From IMG/VR virus record IMGVR_UViG_3300027571_000834, positions 1-35,133 of that record: a DNA stretch of 35,133 nucleotides; one strand, 5' to 3'. The position numbers were made by a program, and so were the translations under genes. Below the pieces are notes generated by a model. The model did not search any database and was not told where the DNA came from. It was given only the letters and a program-made list of their open reading frames with translations. The DNA is from a virus (taxonomy: Duplodnaviria; Caudoviricetes). Positions 8,723 to 17,714 of the stretch are shown one piece after another (position 1 is the first letter of the stretch; each line of letters begins with the position of its first letter).

Positions 8723-9027
8723 CCGAAGCATTAGACGAGTCTGGTACACTAGTACAAATAATCAAAACAATTAAGCCTGGAACCACTATTACGTGGGACA
8801 AACTTAATGGCTATATGAAAAAAGCTGGCGTACCACAGTTTGATTACAATTCATTCAAAGCAACTTACGATAGCAATCCACAACTCCAAAAGTTAGTTAA
8901 GTTTGATCCACAAGGTGTAACTATTAACGATAGTTCTATGGATCAAGTAGGTAGCACTGAGCCAAGTGATGCTGACACTGTTGGTGACATGGCAAAGCGA
9001 GCAACTGACGTGGGTGCTGGACTTTAA
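8713..9027 (+). CDS. Reading frame probably reached by -1 frameshift from the upstream gene (standalone ATG only at 8815)
   Basis: The -1 frame is open from 8689 (after TGA 8686-8688) to TAA 9025-9027: AKIAEALDESGTLVQIIKTIKPGTTITWDKLNGYMKKAG...; no obvious RBS before ATG8815. Confidence 0.6.
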   Translation, partial: AKIAEALDESGTLVQIIKTIKPGTTITWDKLNGYMKKAGVPQFDYNSFKATYDSNPQLQKLVKFDPQGVTINDSSMDQVGSTEPSDADTVGDMAKRATDVGAGL

Positions 9028-9035
9028 ATTAACGG

Positions 9036-9064
9036 TTGACAGAGCTCTTATTTGGTGTTATTAT
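9036..9064 (+). promoter_or_regulatory. sigma70-like promoter with extended -10
   Basis: TTGACA(9036-9041)-17 bp-TATTAT(9059-9064), TG at 9056-9057. Confidence 0.8.
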
Positions 9065-9086
9065 ATACATTAATAGGAGCTTTTTT

Positions 9087-9440
9087 ATGACTGATAAAAA
9101 TACATATGATTCAACTGTTGAAAATATTAAACAAGTATTAGAAATATATGTTCAGCCAGCAGTAGCAGGACACGGTGGCGTAGTAAATTACCTTGATTAC
9201 AATGACGGAGTTGTAACACTTGAAATGAGCGGTGCTTGTTCTGGTTGTGCTATGTCTTCAATGACTTTAAAAGAGGGTATTGAAAGAACTCTTACTGGTA
9301 TGATCCCTGAAGTAACGGCTGTTGTTGGAGTAGACGATCCGAACTCGGGAGTCGAGCCATATATGTCAGACCCATTTGGCATGCAACGTATTCATCTAGA
9401 AGACTATGACGTAGAATTACCAAAGGAACCTAAAGATTGA
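9087..9440 (+). CDS. Nfu/NifU C-terminal-domain Fe-S carrier protein
   Basis: VQPAVAGHGG..V, MSGACSGCAMSSMTLKEGIE (CxxC); AGGAG RBS before ATG9087. Confidence 0.9.
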   Translation: MTDKNTYDSTVENIKQVLEIYVQPAVAGHGGVVNYLDYNDGVVTLEMSGACSGCAMSSMTLKEGIERTLTGMIPEVTAVVGVDDPNSGVEPYMSDPFGMQRIHLEDYDVELPKEPKD

Positions 9441-10117
9441 GCTTAATTATAGAGAAGTACAAATACGAAAGACTCAAGCGAGTTGAAGTAAACGGTAAAC
9501 GTAAGTATGCTGCACCAGGCGGTGTACCTGTAGCAAGTGTAACAACTATACTTGACGCTACAAAAGATAAGTCACACTTAATTGCATGGCGCAAACGTGT
9601 AGGCGAAAAGAAAGCACAAGAGATTGTAACTGAAGCGGCAGGCGTGGGTACACGTATGCACAAATACCTTGAAGATTATATAGAGTTTGGCGAATGGCCA
9701 ACTTGTGGTAGCAATCCATATGCACAAAAAGCACACTCAATGGCGTGTGTTATACGTGACGAAGCAATGGGTGATGTAGATGAGATATGGGGAAGTGAAG
9801 TTCCTTTATATGTTCCGGGCATCTATGCAGGAACAACTGACTTAGTAGGACAATACAAAGGTCAGCCTTGCATAATGGACTTTAAACAAACTAACAAACC
9901 TAAGAAACCTGAGTGGGTGTATGACTACTACCTACAACTTACTGCATACGCATTAGCACACAACGAAGTACATGGCACAAACATACGTGAAGGACATATC
10001 TTTATGTGTTCACGTGATTTAGATTATCAACAGTTTGATATATGGCCAGATGAGTTTGATGAGTGGGCGCAGGAGTGGTGGAAGCGTTGCGAAATGTATT
10101 ATGAGAAACAAGCATAA
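9437..10117 (+). CDS. PD-(D/E)xK exonuclease (phage type)
   Basis: SVTTIL, GTRMH, E..L, AGTTDL, IMDFKQ, QLTAYA motifs; TTG start. Confidence 0.85.
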   Translation: MSLIIEKYKYERLKRVEVNGKRKYAAPGGVPVASVTTILDATKDKSHLIAWRKRVGEKKAQEIVTEAAGVGTRMHKYLEDYIEFGEWPTCGSNPYAQKAHSMACVIRDEAMGDVDEIWGSEVPLYVPGIYAGTTDLVGQYKGQPCIMDFKQTNKPKKPEWVYDYYLQLTAYALAHNEVHGTNIREGHIFMCSRDLDYQQFDIWPDEFDEWAQEWWKRCEMYYEKQA

Positions 10118-10149
10118 ATACATTATAGAAAGCAACTTAGGAGAGCGCA

Positions 10150-11754
10150 GTGGCCGTAGTACAAATCAGTCGTATACAAGTCCGTAGGGGACAAGCAAAT
10201 CAAGGATCAGGTATCCCGCAACTTGCTGGCGGTGAATTTGGTTGGGCAGTTGACGAACAAGAACTTTACATCGGCAATGGCAGTGTTGCAGAAGGCGCAC
10301 CTCAAGTAGGCAATTCAAAGATACTTACCGAACATGATGACTTGTTCGAACTAGTTGGTACATATTCTTACAAACGAGGTAGTATTGACACTGGCGAAGG
10401 TATCTCTGTAGAGCGTACACTTAATTCTAGACTTGACGATATTGTAAGTGTTCGTTCATTTGGATGTGCAGGTGACGGTTCAGATGTTACTGTAGCATTA
10501 CAAAAAGCATTATACGAACTATACCTAAAACCATCAACACGTAACAATCCGCAGAGCAGAGTAATACTACATGTTGAAGCAGGTATATATAGAATAAGTT
10601 CAACAATAAACATACCACCTTACGCAACTATAGTTGGAGCAGGTAAAGAGAAAACTGTTTTTATTAAGACAGGCGACTTTAATATGTTTAAGACTATATC
10701 AAGCGATACAACTTACACAGGCGTAGTATCTACTACTATTCCAAATGATGATCCCACAATGTCATATGCTAACAGTGCAAGGTATATTACATTTAAAGAT
10801 TGTACACTTCAAACAGAATCAGAAGATACCGCGGCATTACTACAATTAAATAGTTGTCGTGACAGTCGCTTTGAAAATGTAAAGTTTGAAGGTAATAAAA
10901 TATTAAACACAGCAACTAACCCAGCTGTTGAAATAAGAAGTAAAAGTAATGCTGTAAGATCAGAGTTTAATAGATTCATTGATTGTGAATTTGTTTCTAT
11001 AGGTAAAGCCATAGTAAGCAATAGTAATATATCACGTAATGAATTTGACTCATGTAAGTTCTTTAACATTACTAAAGCAATTGAATTAGGTGTAACACCA
11101 GATGCAACTCAATTCAACGCAACCGACAACAACATTAGAGAGTGTTACTTTGAGACCATAGAGCAACAAGCAATTCATATTGAAAATGGTACACGTAACT
11201 CTAGCATCAATAACAGATTTGGTCCTAGTGTTGGTAACAATGGCGGAAGTGAAACAACTGTTGCTCACAGTATAATAAAATTTGGAGAATCAGGCAATAT
11301 TTCAGTTGACAATGAGTTTGATAGAACGTATAATTTAAGTATTAATCAGGCGTATATAGTTAGTAAACCATATATTCCAGAGGTTGAAGGACCTGCGTTT
11401 TATGAACACGAATATACTGAACAAGTTGACCTTGCCCAAATTGGCACACCACAACTATTGTTTAGATTGCCCGCAGATAGTACTAAGTCATTTGATATTG
11501 ACTACTGGTATAAAACTGATGTTGGCTCAAGAGTGTTTTCAAGATCAGGAACTTTGACTGTGTTTGTAAACAGAGAGAGTAACAGCGTTAGTATTATGGA
11601 TGATTACGATATAAGTGGACTAGATTCATTAGGTGAAAGTTTGCAATTTAGTGCAACACTAAACCAATTGGAGACAGCGTGGAGTGCCCAGGTAAAGTAT
11701 ACCAATCAACTCGACTCAGGAAAATTAACTTTTAAAATACGTTCACGAAGTTAA
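10150..11754 (+). CDS. Virion fibre/spike protein with pectate-lyase-like beta-helix
   Basis: IQVRRG / LAGGEFGWAVD..LYIGNG N-terminal domain; VSVRSFG.AGDG..DVT.AL; beta-helix repeats; TAAATA at 10115-10120; AGGAG RBS, GTG start. Confidence 0.7.
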   Translation: MAVVQISRIQVRRGQANQGSGIPQLAGGEFGWAVDEQELYIGNGSVAEGAPQVGNSKILTEHDDLFELVGTYSYKRGSIDTGEGISVERTLNSRLDDIVSVRSFGCAGDGSDVTVALQKALYELYLKPSTRNNPQSRVILHVEAGIYRISSTINIPPYATIVGAGKEKTVFIKTGDFNMFKTISSDTTYTGVVSTTIPNDDPTMSYANSARYITFKDCTLQTESEDTAALLQLNSCRDSRFENVKFEGNKILNTATNPAVEIRSKSNAVRSEFNRFIDCEFVSIGKAIVSNSNISRNEFDSCKFFNITKAIELGVTPDATQFNATDNNIRECYFETIEQQAIHIENGTRNSSINNRFGPSVGNNGGSETTVAHSIIKFGESGNISVDNEFDRTYNLSINQAYIVSKPYIPEVEGPAFYEHEYTEQVDLAQIGTPQLLFRLPADSTKSFDIDYWYKTDVGSRVFSRSGTLTVFVNRESNSVSIMDDYDISGLDSLGESLQFSATLNQLETAWSAQVKYTNQLDSGKLTFKIRSRS

Positions 11755-11758
11755 ACGT

Positions 11759-12184
11759 ATGTTTGAAGAACAATTTGAGAAGAGGCTTCAATCGTGGCAC
11801 GATTTTCGAGCTACACTCGAAACACACCCTGATCCGCTACAGCACACAATTGATGCCTACCAGCGTGTACCTGGAGTAAGTATTCATACTGATCCATGGG
11901 ACCAAAAGATGTGGCCTCAACCGTGGGAACTGATTTCAGAAAATCAGTATTGTGCCTTCTGTACCGTATTAGGAATGTGCTATTCACTACAGTTAACAGA
12001 ACGCTTTAAACAAGAATTGGTAGAGATACATATCTGTATAGATAGAGAGAAGAACGAAACTTTCTATTTGTTAATGATTCAAAATAGAGTAATTGGGTAT
12101 GATGGCGAGAGTCATATTTCAGTTTCGGATCTACCAAAAGAAATAATTTCGCAACGTGTCTATACAATGCCACGACTGCAATAA
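11759..12184 (+). CDS. Hypothetical phage protein
   Basis: ORF in operon context; WPQPWELI motif. Confidence 0.7.
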   Translation: MFEEQFEKRLQSWHDFRATLETHPDPLQHTIDAYQRVPGVSIHTDPWDQKMWPQPWELISENQYCAFCTVLGMCYSLQLTERFKQELVEIHICIDREKNETFYLLMIQNRVIGYDGESHISVSDLPKEIISQRVYTMPRLQ

Positions 12185-12217
12185 ATAATAAACTTAATAG
12201 GAACAGGAGAAACATAC

Positions 12218-14521
12218 ATGTCAAATGGCATTCAAATCACAAAAAGAGACGGCAACAAAGAACACATTAATATCGATAAAATACACAAGGTAGTAGAATT
12301 TGCTTGTGAAGGTCTTGCTGGTGTTAGTAGTAGTCAAATTGAAATGAATGCAAACTTACAGTTTTATGATGGTATGCCAACAAGTGATATACAAGAGATA
12401 CTTGTACGAAGTGCAAACGATCTTATCAGTTTAGATGCTCCTAACTATCAGTATGCTGCTGCTAGACTATTAAGTTATGGTGTAAACAAAGATGTATTCG
12501 GCGAGTACAATGCAATTACACTACAGAAAAACATTGAACTTAACATTGAGCGTAACGTATATGATTCTGAGATACTTGAAAAGTACACTACAGAAGAAAT
12601 TGCTACACTTGATGGTTATATAAGACATAAGCGTGATGAAAACTTTACCTATGCAGGGCTACGTCAAGTAGTTGACAAGTACCTTTGTCAGGATCGTTCT
12701 AATGGCCAAATATTTGAAACTCCTCAGTTTATGTATATGATGATTGCGGCAACATTGTTTGCTAACTACCCAGCAGAAACACGTATGCACTACGTAAGGA
12801 GATACTACGATGCGACCTCACTTTTTAAAATCAATATCCCAACGCCAGTCATGGCAGGGGTTAGAACTCCTGTACGCCAGTTTGCAAGTTGTGTACTTGT
12901 TGACAGTGATGATACTCTTGACAGTATTTTTGCTAGTGATATGGCTATCGGCAGGTATACTGCTCAACGTGCGGGCATTGGCATTAACGCTGGACGCATA
13001 CGTGGGGTCAACGCGAAGATACGTGGTGGCGAAGTGGCGCACACTGGTATCATTCCTTTCTTAAAGAAGTTCGAAAGCACAGTACGTTGTTGTACACAAA
13101 ACGGAGTACGTGGCGGAAGTGCTACAACACATTTTCCGTTCTGGCATCAAGAGATTGAAGACATTCTTGTACTAAAGAACAACAAAGGTACTGAAGATAA
13201 TCGTGTACGTAAATTAGATTACAGCATACAGTTAAACAAAACTATGTATGAAAGATTGTTATCAGGCGGTGATATAACTCTTTTCTCGCCACACGATGTT
13301 CCAGGATTGTACGAAGCATACTTTGGTGATGCAGATAAATTTAAAGAACTATACGAGTCATATGAACGTAAAACAAGTGTTAAAAAGAAAACTATCAAAG
13401 CAATGGAACTGTTTAGTGCGTTAGTTAAAGAACGTGCAGAAACAGGGCGTATATACATTATGAATGTAGACCACGCAAATACGCATAGCTCATTTAAAGA
13501 CACAGTGTACATGAGTAACTTGTGTCAAGAAATTACACTACCAACTAAGCCACTTAATCATATTGATGACCCAGAAGGCGAAATTGCATTATGTATTCTT
13601 AGTGCTATTAATGTAGGTACACTAAGAAACTTAGATGACTTAGGCGAACTATGTGAGTTAGCTGTAAGAGCATTAGAAGAAATTATTGACTACCAGAAAT
13701 ATCCAATTAAGGCGGCAGAGATTAGCACAAAAGCAAGGCGTAGTTTAGGTGTAGGTTATATTGGACTAGCACATTACCTTGCAAAGAATCATGTTAAATA
13801 TGATGATAAAGAAGCATGGAAATTAGTACACGATTTAACAGAAGCATTCCAGTACTATTTGTTAAAAGCAAGTAACACTATTGCAAAAGAGCGCGGCGCA
13901 TGCGAGTACTTTAATCGTACTAAATACGCAGACGGCATCCTTCCTATTGATACATATAAGAAAGATGTAGATACAGTAGTGGAGAACAAATTAAACTATG
14001 ATTGGGATGGTTTACGATCTGACATCAAGGAACACGGACTACGGCACTCAACGTTGTCCGCACAAATGCCATCGGAAAGCAGTTCCGTTGTGTCGAACGC
14101 AACAAACGGAATTGAAGCACCTAGAGGGTTCTTGTCCGTTAAGAAGTCCAAGAAAGGGCCTCTTAAGCAGATTGTTCCACAGTATCAAACGCTAAAGAAC
14201 CACTACAGTTTGTTATGGGAAATGCCAAACAACACAGGATATATAAATATTGTTGCTGTGATGCAGAAGTTCTTTGACCAAGCAATTAGCGGCAACTGGA
14301 GTTACAATCCAACACACTTTGATAACAATGAAGTGCCAATGAGCGTAATGATAGGTGATCTACTTAACACATACAAGTTAGGTTGGAAGACATCATACTA
14401 TCAGAACACATATGATTATAAAACAGATCCTAGTGAGCTAGAAGACGAAGCACCACTAGAACAACTGCCGCAGGGCGAATTTGAGAACGATGAAGAAGAG
14501 TGCGAAGCTTGTGCAATTTAG
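12218..14521 (+). CDS. nrdA: Ribonucleotide reductase class Ia alpha subunit with ATP cone
   Basis: ITKRDG ATP cone, PTPVM, ASCVL, CTQNGVRGG, SNLCQEI, KTSYY, C-terminal CEAC. Confidence 0.98.
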   Translation: MSNGIQITKRDGNKEHINIDKIHKVVEFACEGLAGVSSSQIEMNANLQFYDGMPTSDIQEILVRSANDLISLDAPNYQYAAARLLSYGVNKDVFGEYNAITLQKNIELNIERNVYDSEILEKYTTEEIATLDGYIRHKRDENFTYAGLRQVVDKYLCQDRSNGQIFETPQFMYMMIAATLFANYPAETRMHYVRRYYDATSLFKINIPTPVMAGVRTPVRQFASCVLVDSDDTLDSIFASDMAIGRYTAQRAGIGINAGRIRGVNAKIRGGEVAHTGIIPFLKKFESTVRCCTQNGVRGGSATTHFPFWHQEIEDILVLKNNKGTEDNRVRKLDYSIQLNKTMYERLLSGGDITLFSPHDVPGLYEAYFGDADKFKELYESYERKTSVKKKTIKAMELFSALVKERAETGRIYIMNVDHANTHSSFKDTVYMSNLCQEITLPTKPLNHIDDPEGEIALCILSAINVGTLRNLDDLGELCELAVRALEEIIDYQKYPIKAAEISTKARRSLGVGYIGLAHYLAKNHVKYDDKEAWKLVHDLTEAFQYYLLKASNTIAKERGACEYFNRTKYADGILPIDTYKKDVDTVVENKLNYDWDGLRSDIKEHGLRHSTLSAQMPSESSSVVSNATNGIEAPRGFLSVKKSKKGPLKQIVPQYQTLKNHYSLLWEMPNNTGYINIVAVMQKFFDQAISGNWSYNPTHFDNNEVPMSVMIGDLLNTYKLGWKTSYYQNTYDYKTDPSELEDEAPLEQLPQGEFENDEEECEACAI

Positions 14522-14524
14522 TTC

Positions 14525-14553
14525 TTGACAAACGATAGAAAAGATAGTAGCAT
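14525..14553 (+). promoter_or_regulatory. sigma70-like promoter for nrdB
   Basis: TTGACA(14525-14530)-17 bp-TAGCAT(14548-14553). Confidence 0.6.
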
Positions 14554-14581
14554 AGCTACATAGGAAAGAGGAAAGTTTAAA

Positions 14582-15685
14582 ATGGCGAAAACAGTATTCA
14601 ACACTGATAAGGTTGACTTTACAAAACAAAACATGTTCTTCGGAGCAGATATGAACACGCAGAGATATGATACATTTAAGTTTCCTGTGTTTGATAAATT
14701 AAACCAAACGATGCTTGGATATTTTTGGCGTCCAGAAGAAGTTTCATTGCAGAAAGATAGAGCAGACTATGCTAACTTCCGCCCTGAGCAGAAGCATATC
14801 TTTACAGCAAACTTAAAGTATCAAACATTACTTGATAGTGTACAAGGACGTGGTCCGTGTCTAGCATTTTTGCCACACGTATCCTTACCAGAACTAGAAG
14901 GTTGTATTGTTACTTGGGACTTCTTTGAAACAATCCATTCACGTTCGTATACACATATTATGAAAAATGTGTACGCTGATCCAAGTGAAGTATTTGATAC
15001 TATCTTGGACGACAAAGAGATTCTTAAACGTGCAGAAGCTGTTACTAAGAACTACGATGCATTTACACAAGCGGCAGACGCTTACAATCATCGTGGCGAA
15101 GGTAGTATGCTAGATGTCAAAAAGAAACTTTACTTGGCTATGATGAATGTAAATATCCTAGAAGGACTTCGCTTTTATGTATCCTTTGCATGTACGTTTG
15201 GCTTTGGCGAACTAAAACTAATGGAAGGTTCTGCAAAGATTATTTCATTAATTGCACGTGACGAAGCACAACACTTAGCACTCAGCACACACGTTCTTAA
15301 GAACTGGAGCAATGGCAAAGACGATCCACAAATGGTTAAGATTGCTAAAGAGTGCAAGGAAGAAGTATATGAAATGTGGCGTACCTGTGTAGAAGAAGAA
15401 AAAGCATGGGCGGAGTACTTGTTTAAAGATGGTTCAATGATTGGACTTAATGCAACACTTCTTAATCAGTATGTAGAGTATATTGCTAACAGACGATTAA
15501 AAGCATTAGGACTAGATGCAATCTTTGACCAACCTGTAAACACTAACCCATTACCGTGGACTACACATTGGTTGAGTAGTTCAGGCTTGCAGGTAGCCCC
15601 ACAAGAGACAGAAGTTGAGTCTTATGTTATTGGTGGTATTAAACAAGACGTAAGTGAAGATTCACTTAAAGGATTTAGTTTATGA
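14582..15685 (+). CDS. nrdB: Ribonucleotide reductase class Ia beta subunit
   Basis: FWRPEE, LDSVQGR, ETIHSRSY, LEGLRFY, RDEAQH, APQETEVESY. Confidence 0.98.
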   Translation: MAKTVFNTDKVDFTKQNMFFGADMNTQRYDTFKFPVFDKLNQTMLGYFWRPEEVSLQKDRADYANFRPEQKHIFTANLKYQTLLDSVQGRGPCLAFLPHVSLPELEGCIVTWDFFETIHSRSYTHIMKNVYADPSEVFDTILDDKEILKRAEAVTKNYDAFTQAADAYNHRGEGSMLDVKKKLYLAMMNVNILEGLRFYVSFACTFGFGELKLMEGSAKIISLIARDEAQHLALSTHVLKNWSNGKDDPQMVKIAKECKEEVYEMWRTCVEEEKAWAEYLFKDGSMIGLNATLLNQYVEYIANRRLKALGLDAIFDQPVNTNPLPWTTHWLSSSGLQVAPQETEVESYVIGGIKQDVSEDSLKGFSL

Positions 15686-15939
15686 CGAATGTAGTAGTAT
15701 GGAGTAAGCCACAATGCCCTTTTTGCGATAAAGCAAAAGCAAAGTTAAATGCAATGCATGTGAATTACGAAGTAAAAATGATTGGAACTGATGTAGAGTT
15801 AGAAGATTTACTCGAAGCTGTTCCAGGAGCAAGGAGTGTACCCCAGATACAAATTAACGGTGAAAATATAGGCGGGTATACAGATTTATTAACTTACATT
15901 GAAAACACCGGGTTCAATGGCACAGGACACACATTATAA
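15682..15939 (+). CDS. Glutaredoxin
   Basis: CPFC active site, SVPQI, IGGYTD; follows nrdAB. Confidence 0.92.
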   Translation: MTNVVVWSKPQCPFCDKAKAKLNAMHVNYEVKMIGTDVELEDLLEAVPGARSVPQIQINGENIGGYTDLLTYIENTGFNGTGHTL

Positions 15940-16226
15940 TGTTGATTCAAAAAACACACAGCGTCGGTGACGTAGTTTCAATGAAGCTATCAACTGGTGA
16001 AGAAATAATTGGTAGATTAGAAGAAGAATCTGAAACAGGTTACAAACTTAAGAAGCCATTTGCAATAGTAATGGGCCAGCAAGGCCTTGCACTAGCACCA
16101 TTTATGTTTAGTACAGCAAATGACCAGTCAATGGCATTTAAGCATACTAACGTAATGACAGTAGGCATAACAATTGAAGAAATTTCAAAACAGTATGTCC
16201 AACAAACTACAGGTATTGTAACTTAA
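15939..16226 (+). CDS. Hypothetical protein, Sm-like beta fold suspected
   Basis: VSMKLSTGEEIIGRL...LKKP pattern. Confidence 0.6.
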   Translation: MLIQKTHSVGDVVSMKLSTGEEIIGRLEEESETGYKLKKPFAIVMGQQGLALAPFMFSTANDQSMAFKHTNVMTVGITIEEISKQYVQQTTGIVT

Positions 16227-16492
16227 TGCCTGGAATTAGTCGTAACAATGATACAGCTGACGGAGATCTAATTCCAAGTCAGGCCACTGTTTTTGCAAAC
16301 GGTGAACTAGTCATTGTAGACGGCGACGATGTAGCTGGTCACGGGTCAGGCGCTCATGCTAGTCCGACTATGATAGCAGGTTCTAACAATGTATCCATTG
16401 GCGGAATAGCTGTTGTAAACGCAGGTGACCTTGCTACATGTGGAGATGCAGCAACAGGTAGTGCTAACGTAAACGTTGGCGATCCTAGCTAA
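16226..16492 (+). CDS. PAAR-repeat tail spike tip protein
   Basis: VFANG...GD...H, GS.NV.IGG..V...GD...CG....GS.NV.VG repeats. Confidence 0.85.
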   Translation: MPGISRNNDTADGDLIPSQATVFANGELVIVDGDDVAGHGSGAHASPTMIAGSNNVSIGGIAVVNAGDLATCGDAATGSANVNVGDPS

Positions 16493-16562
16493 ACCACTTT
16501 TAACACCCCTTAAACGTAGATCAATTAAATAAATTTGTAAAACATAAAACTGGAGAAGAATT

Positions 16563-16739
16563 ATGGCGACACATGAAGAAATTGTACAATCGTACAACAA
16601 CTACTTGGCAGAGCATGCAACTTTCGAAGAGAAAGGTGTAAAGGCAGCTGCAACAAGAGCTAGAAAGGCACTTGGCGACCTAGGTAAACTTACCAAAGAT
16701 CGTAGAAAAGAAATCATTGAAAAGAAGAACTCAATGTGA
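16563..16739 (+). CDS. Histone H1-like Hc1-family small basic protein, 58 aa (not in ORF track)
   Basis: MATHEEIVQSYNNYLAEHATFEEKGVKAAATRARKALGDLGKLTKDRRKEIIEKKNSM; GGAG RBS; TAAATA at 16526-16531. Confidence 0.8.
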   Translation: MATHEEIVQSYNNYLAEHATFEEKGVKAAATRARKALGDLGKLTKDRRKEIIEKKNSM

Positions 16740-16906
16740 TGATTGCTCGTATGTGGGAATATTGGTGTAAGGCCATTGGACAAAAAGCATACGAAGATGA
16801 TTTAAGAGCAGACAGGGTAGCACTTATTCGAACTGGATGGGTGCTACTTCATATAACAACTTGCTGCATGATTATCGCAGGAAATGCAAAGTTATTGTTC
16901 TTTTAA
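16739..16906 (+). CDS. Small membrane protein, 55 aa (not in ORF track)
   Basis: TGATG coupling; MIARMWEYWCKAIGQKAYEDDLRADRVALIRTGWVLLHITTCCMIIAGNAKLLFF. Confidence 0.7.
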   Translation: MIARMWEYWCKAIGQKAYEDDLRADRVALIRTGWVLLHITTCCMIIAGNAKLLFF

Positions 16907-17007
16907 GATTATCTCAGTTCAAAAAATGTAACTGATTTCATCTTAAGAGATAAATACCCAAGCGTTTGAGATAACACGCAAGTAATAATACTAAAAGGAA
17001 TTATAAA

Positions 17008-17607
17008 ATGAACAAACTATTATTATCAATAGTAGCACTAACCTTTATGGCTGGTACAGCAATTGCTGAAGACTTCAATGAAACTGGAGTTGCAGTAAAC
17101 GTTGCAAAAGGCGATTTAAGTTTTGGCTACGCAAATGGCACACACGCAGACTTTGCTGATGACGCAGAAGTGTTTTCACTAAGCTACGGTGGCCTACCAG
17201 TGGACTTTGGTGTTCAAGTAATTAACGATAACTCAGTAAATGACTATCGTGTTAACTTGGGTAAAAGAGTTGACACAACCCTAATTAATCTAAATGTATA
17301 TGGTGTTGCAGAAGCACACTATGACTTTGGTGACTCATACGCAGACGATAGACTAGTTCTTAGTCCGTATGTTGGCGTTGAAATGCCTGCAGGTGGAATT
17401 ACTCCATACGCAGAAATAGGATACGACTTTGCATCAACTCAAGGTGACTTTTTGAACTTTGATAGATCAGATAGTTACGGTGCATTAGGTGTTAAAGTAT
17501 CAGTGAACGAAAGAACTGAAGTCAACTTGCAACTATTGCAAAAGATGGACAGTGATTTTGACAGCACAGATAGAGAATTTATGATTGGATTCAACTTCGC
17601 GTTGTAA
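17008..17607 (+). CDS. Outer-membrane beta-barrel (porin-like) protein
   Basis: Signal peptide ending AIA; alternating aromatic/hydrophobic strands; C-terminal IGFNFAL; TAAATA at 16951-16956. Confidence 0.75.
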   Translation: MNKLLLSIVALTFMAGTAIAEDFNETGVAVNVAKGDLSFGYANGTHADFADDAEVFSLSYGGLPVDFGVQVINDNSVNDYRVNLGKRVDTTLINLNVYGVAEAHYDFGDSYADDRLVLSPYVGVEMPAGGITPYAEIGYDFASTQGDFLNFDRSDSYGALGVKVSVNERTEVNLQLLQKMDSDFDSTDREFMIGFNFAL

Positions 17608-17624
17608 GTTAACCACATAAAAAC

Positions 17625-17662
17625 AAAAAAGGGTTGCTTTGTTGAATTGCAATCCTTTTTTT
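17625..17662 (+). terminator. Intrinsic terminator (possibly bidirectional)
   Basis: AAAAAAGGGTTGC...GCAATCCTTTTTTT. Confidence 0.8.
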
Positions 17663-17714
17663 ATGACTAAATACATGTAAGCAATATAACTTACTTACTG
17701 GAGAAATAACCATA

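Noticed and set aside
9036-9086. TTG start at 9036 for the Nfu gene
   Set aside because: That TTG is the -35 box; AGGAG precedes ATG9087.
9437-10117. Cas4/CRISPR interpretation of the exonuclease
   Set aside because: No four-Cys Cas4 cluster pattern, no cas genes and no repeat-spacer array in the window.
12218-15685. Introns or inteins in nrdA/nrdB
   Set aside because: Both ORFs are continuous and of normal length (767 and 367 aa).
16226-16492. Type VI secretion system suggested by PAAR plus lipase
   Set aside because: No other T6SS genes; PAAR is a normal contractile-tail spike tip (T4 gp5.4-like).
16907-17007. TTATCTC/GAGATAA inverted and direct repeats upstream of the porin, as a Fur/Irr box or riboswitch
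   Set aside because: Only 6-7 bp matches in AT-rich DNA, one overlapping the late motif; no recognisable consensus.
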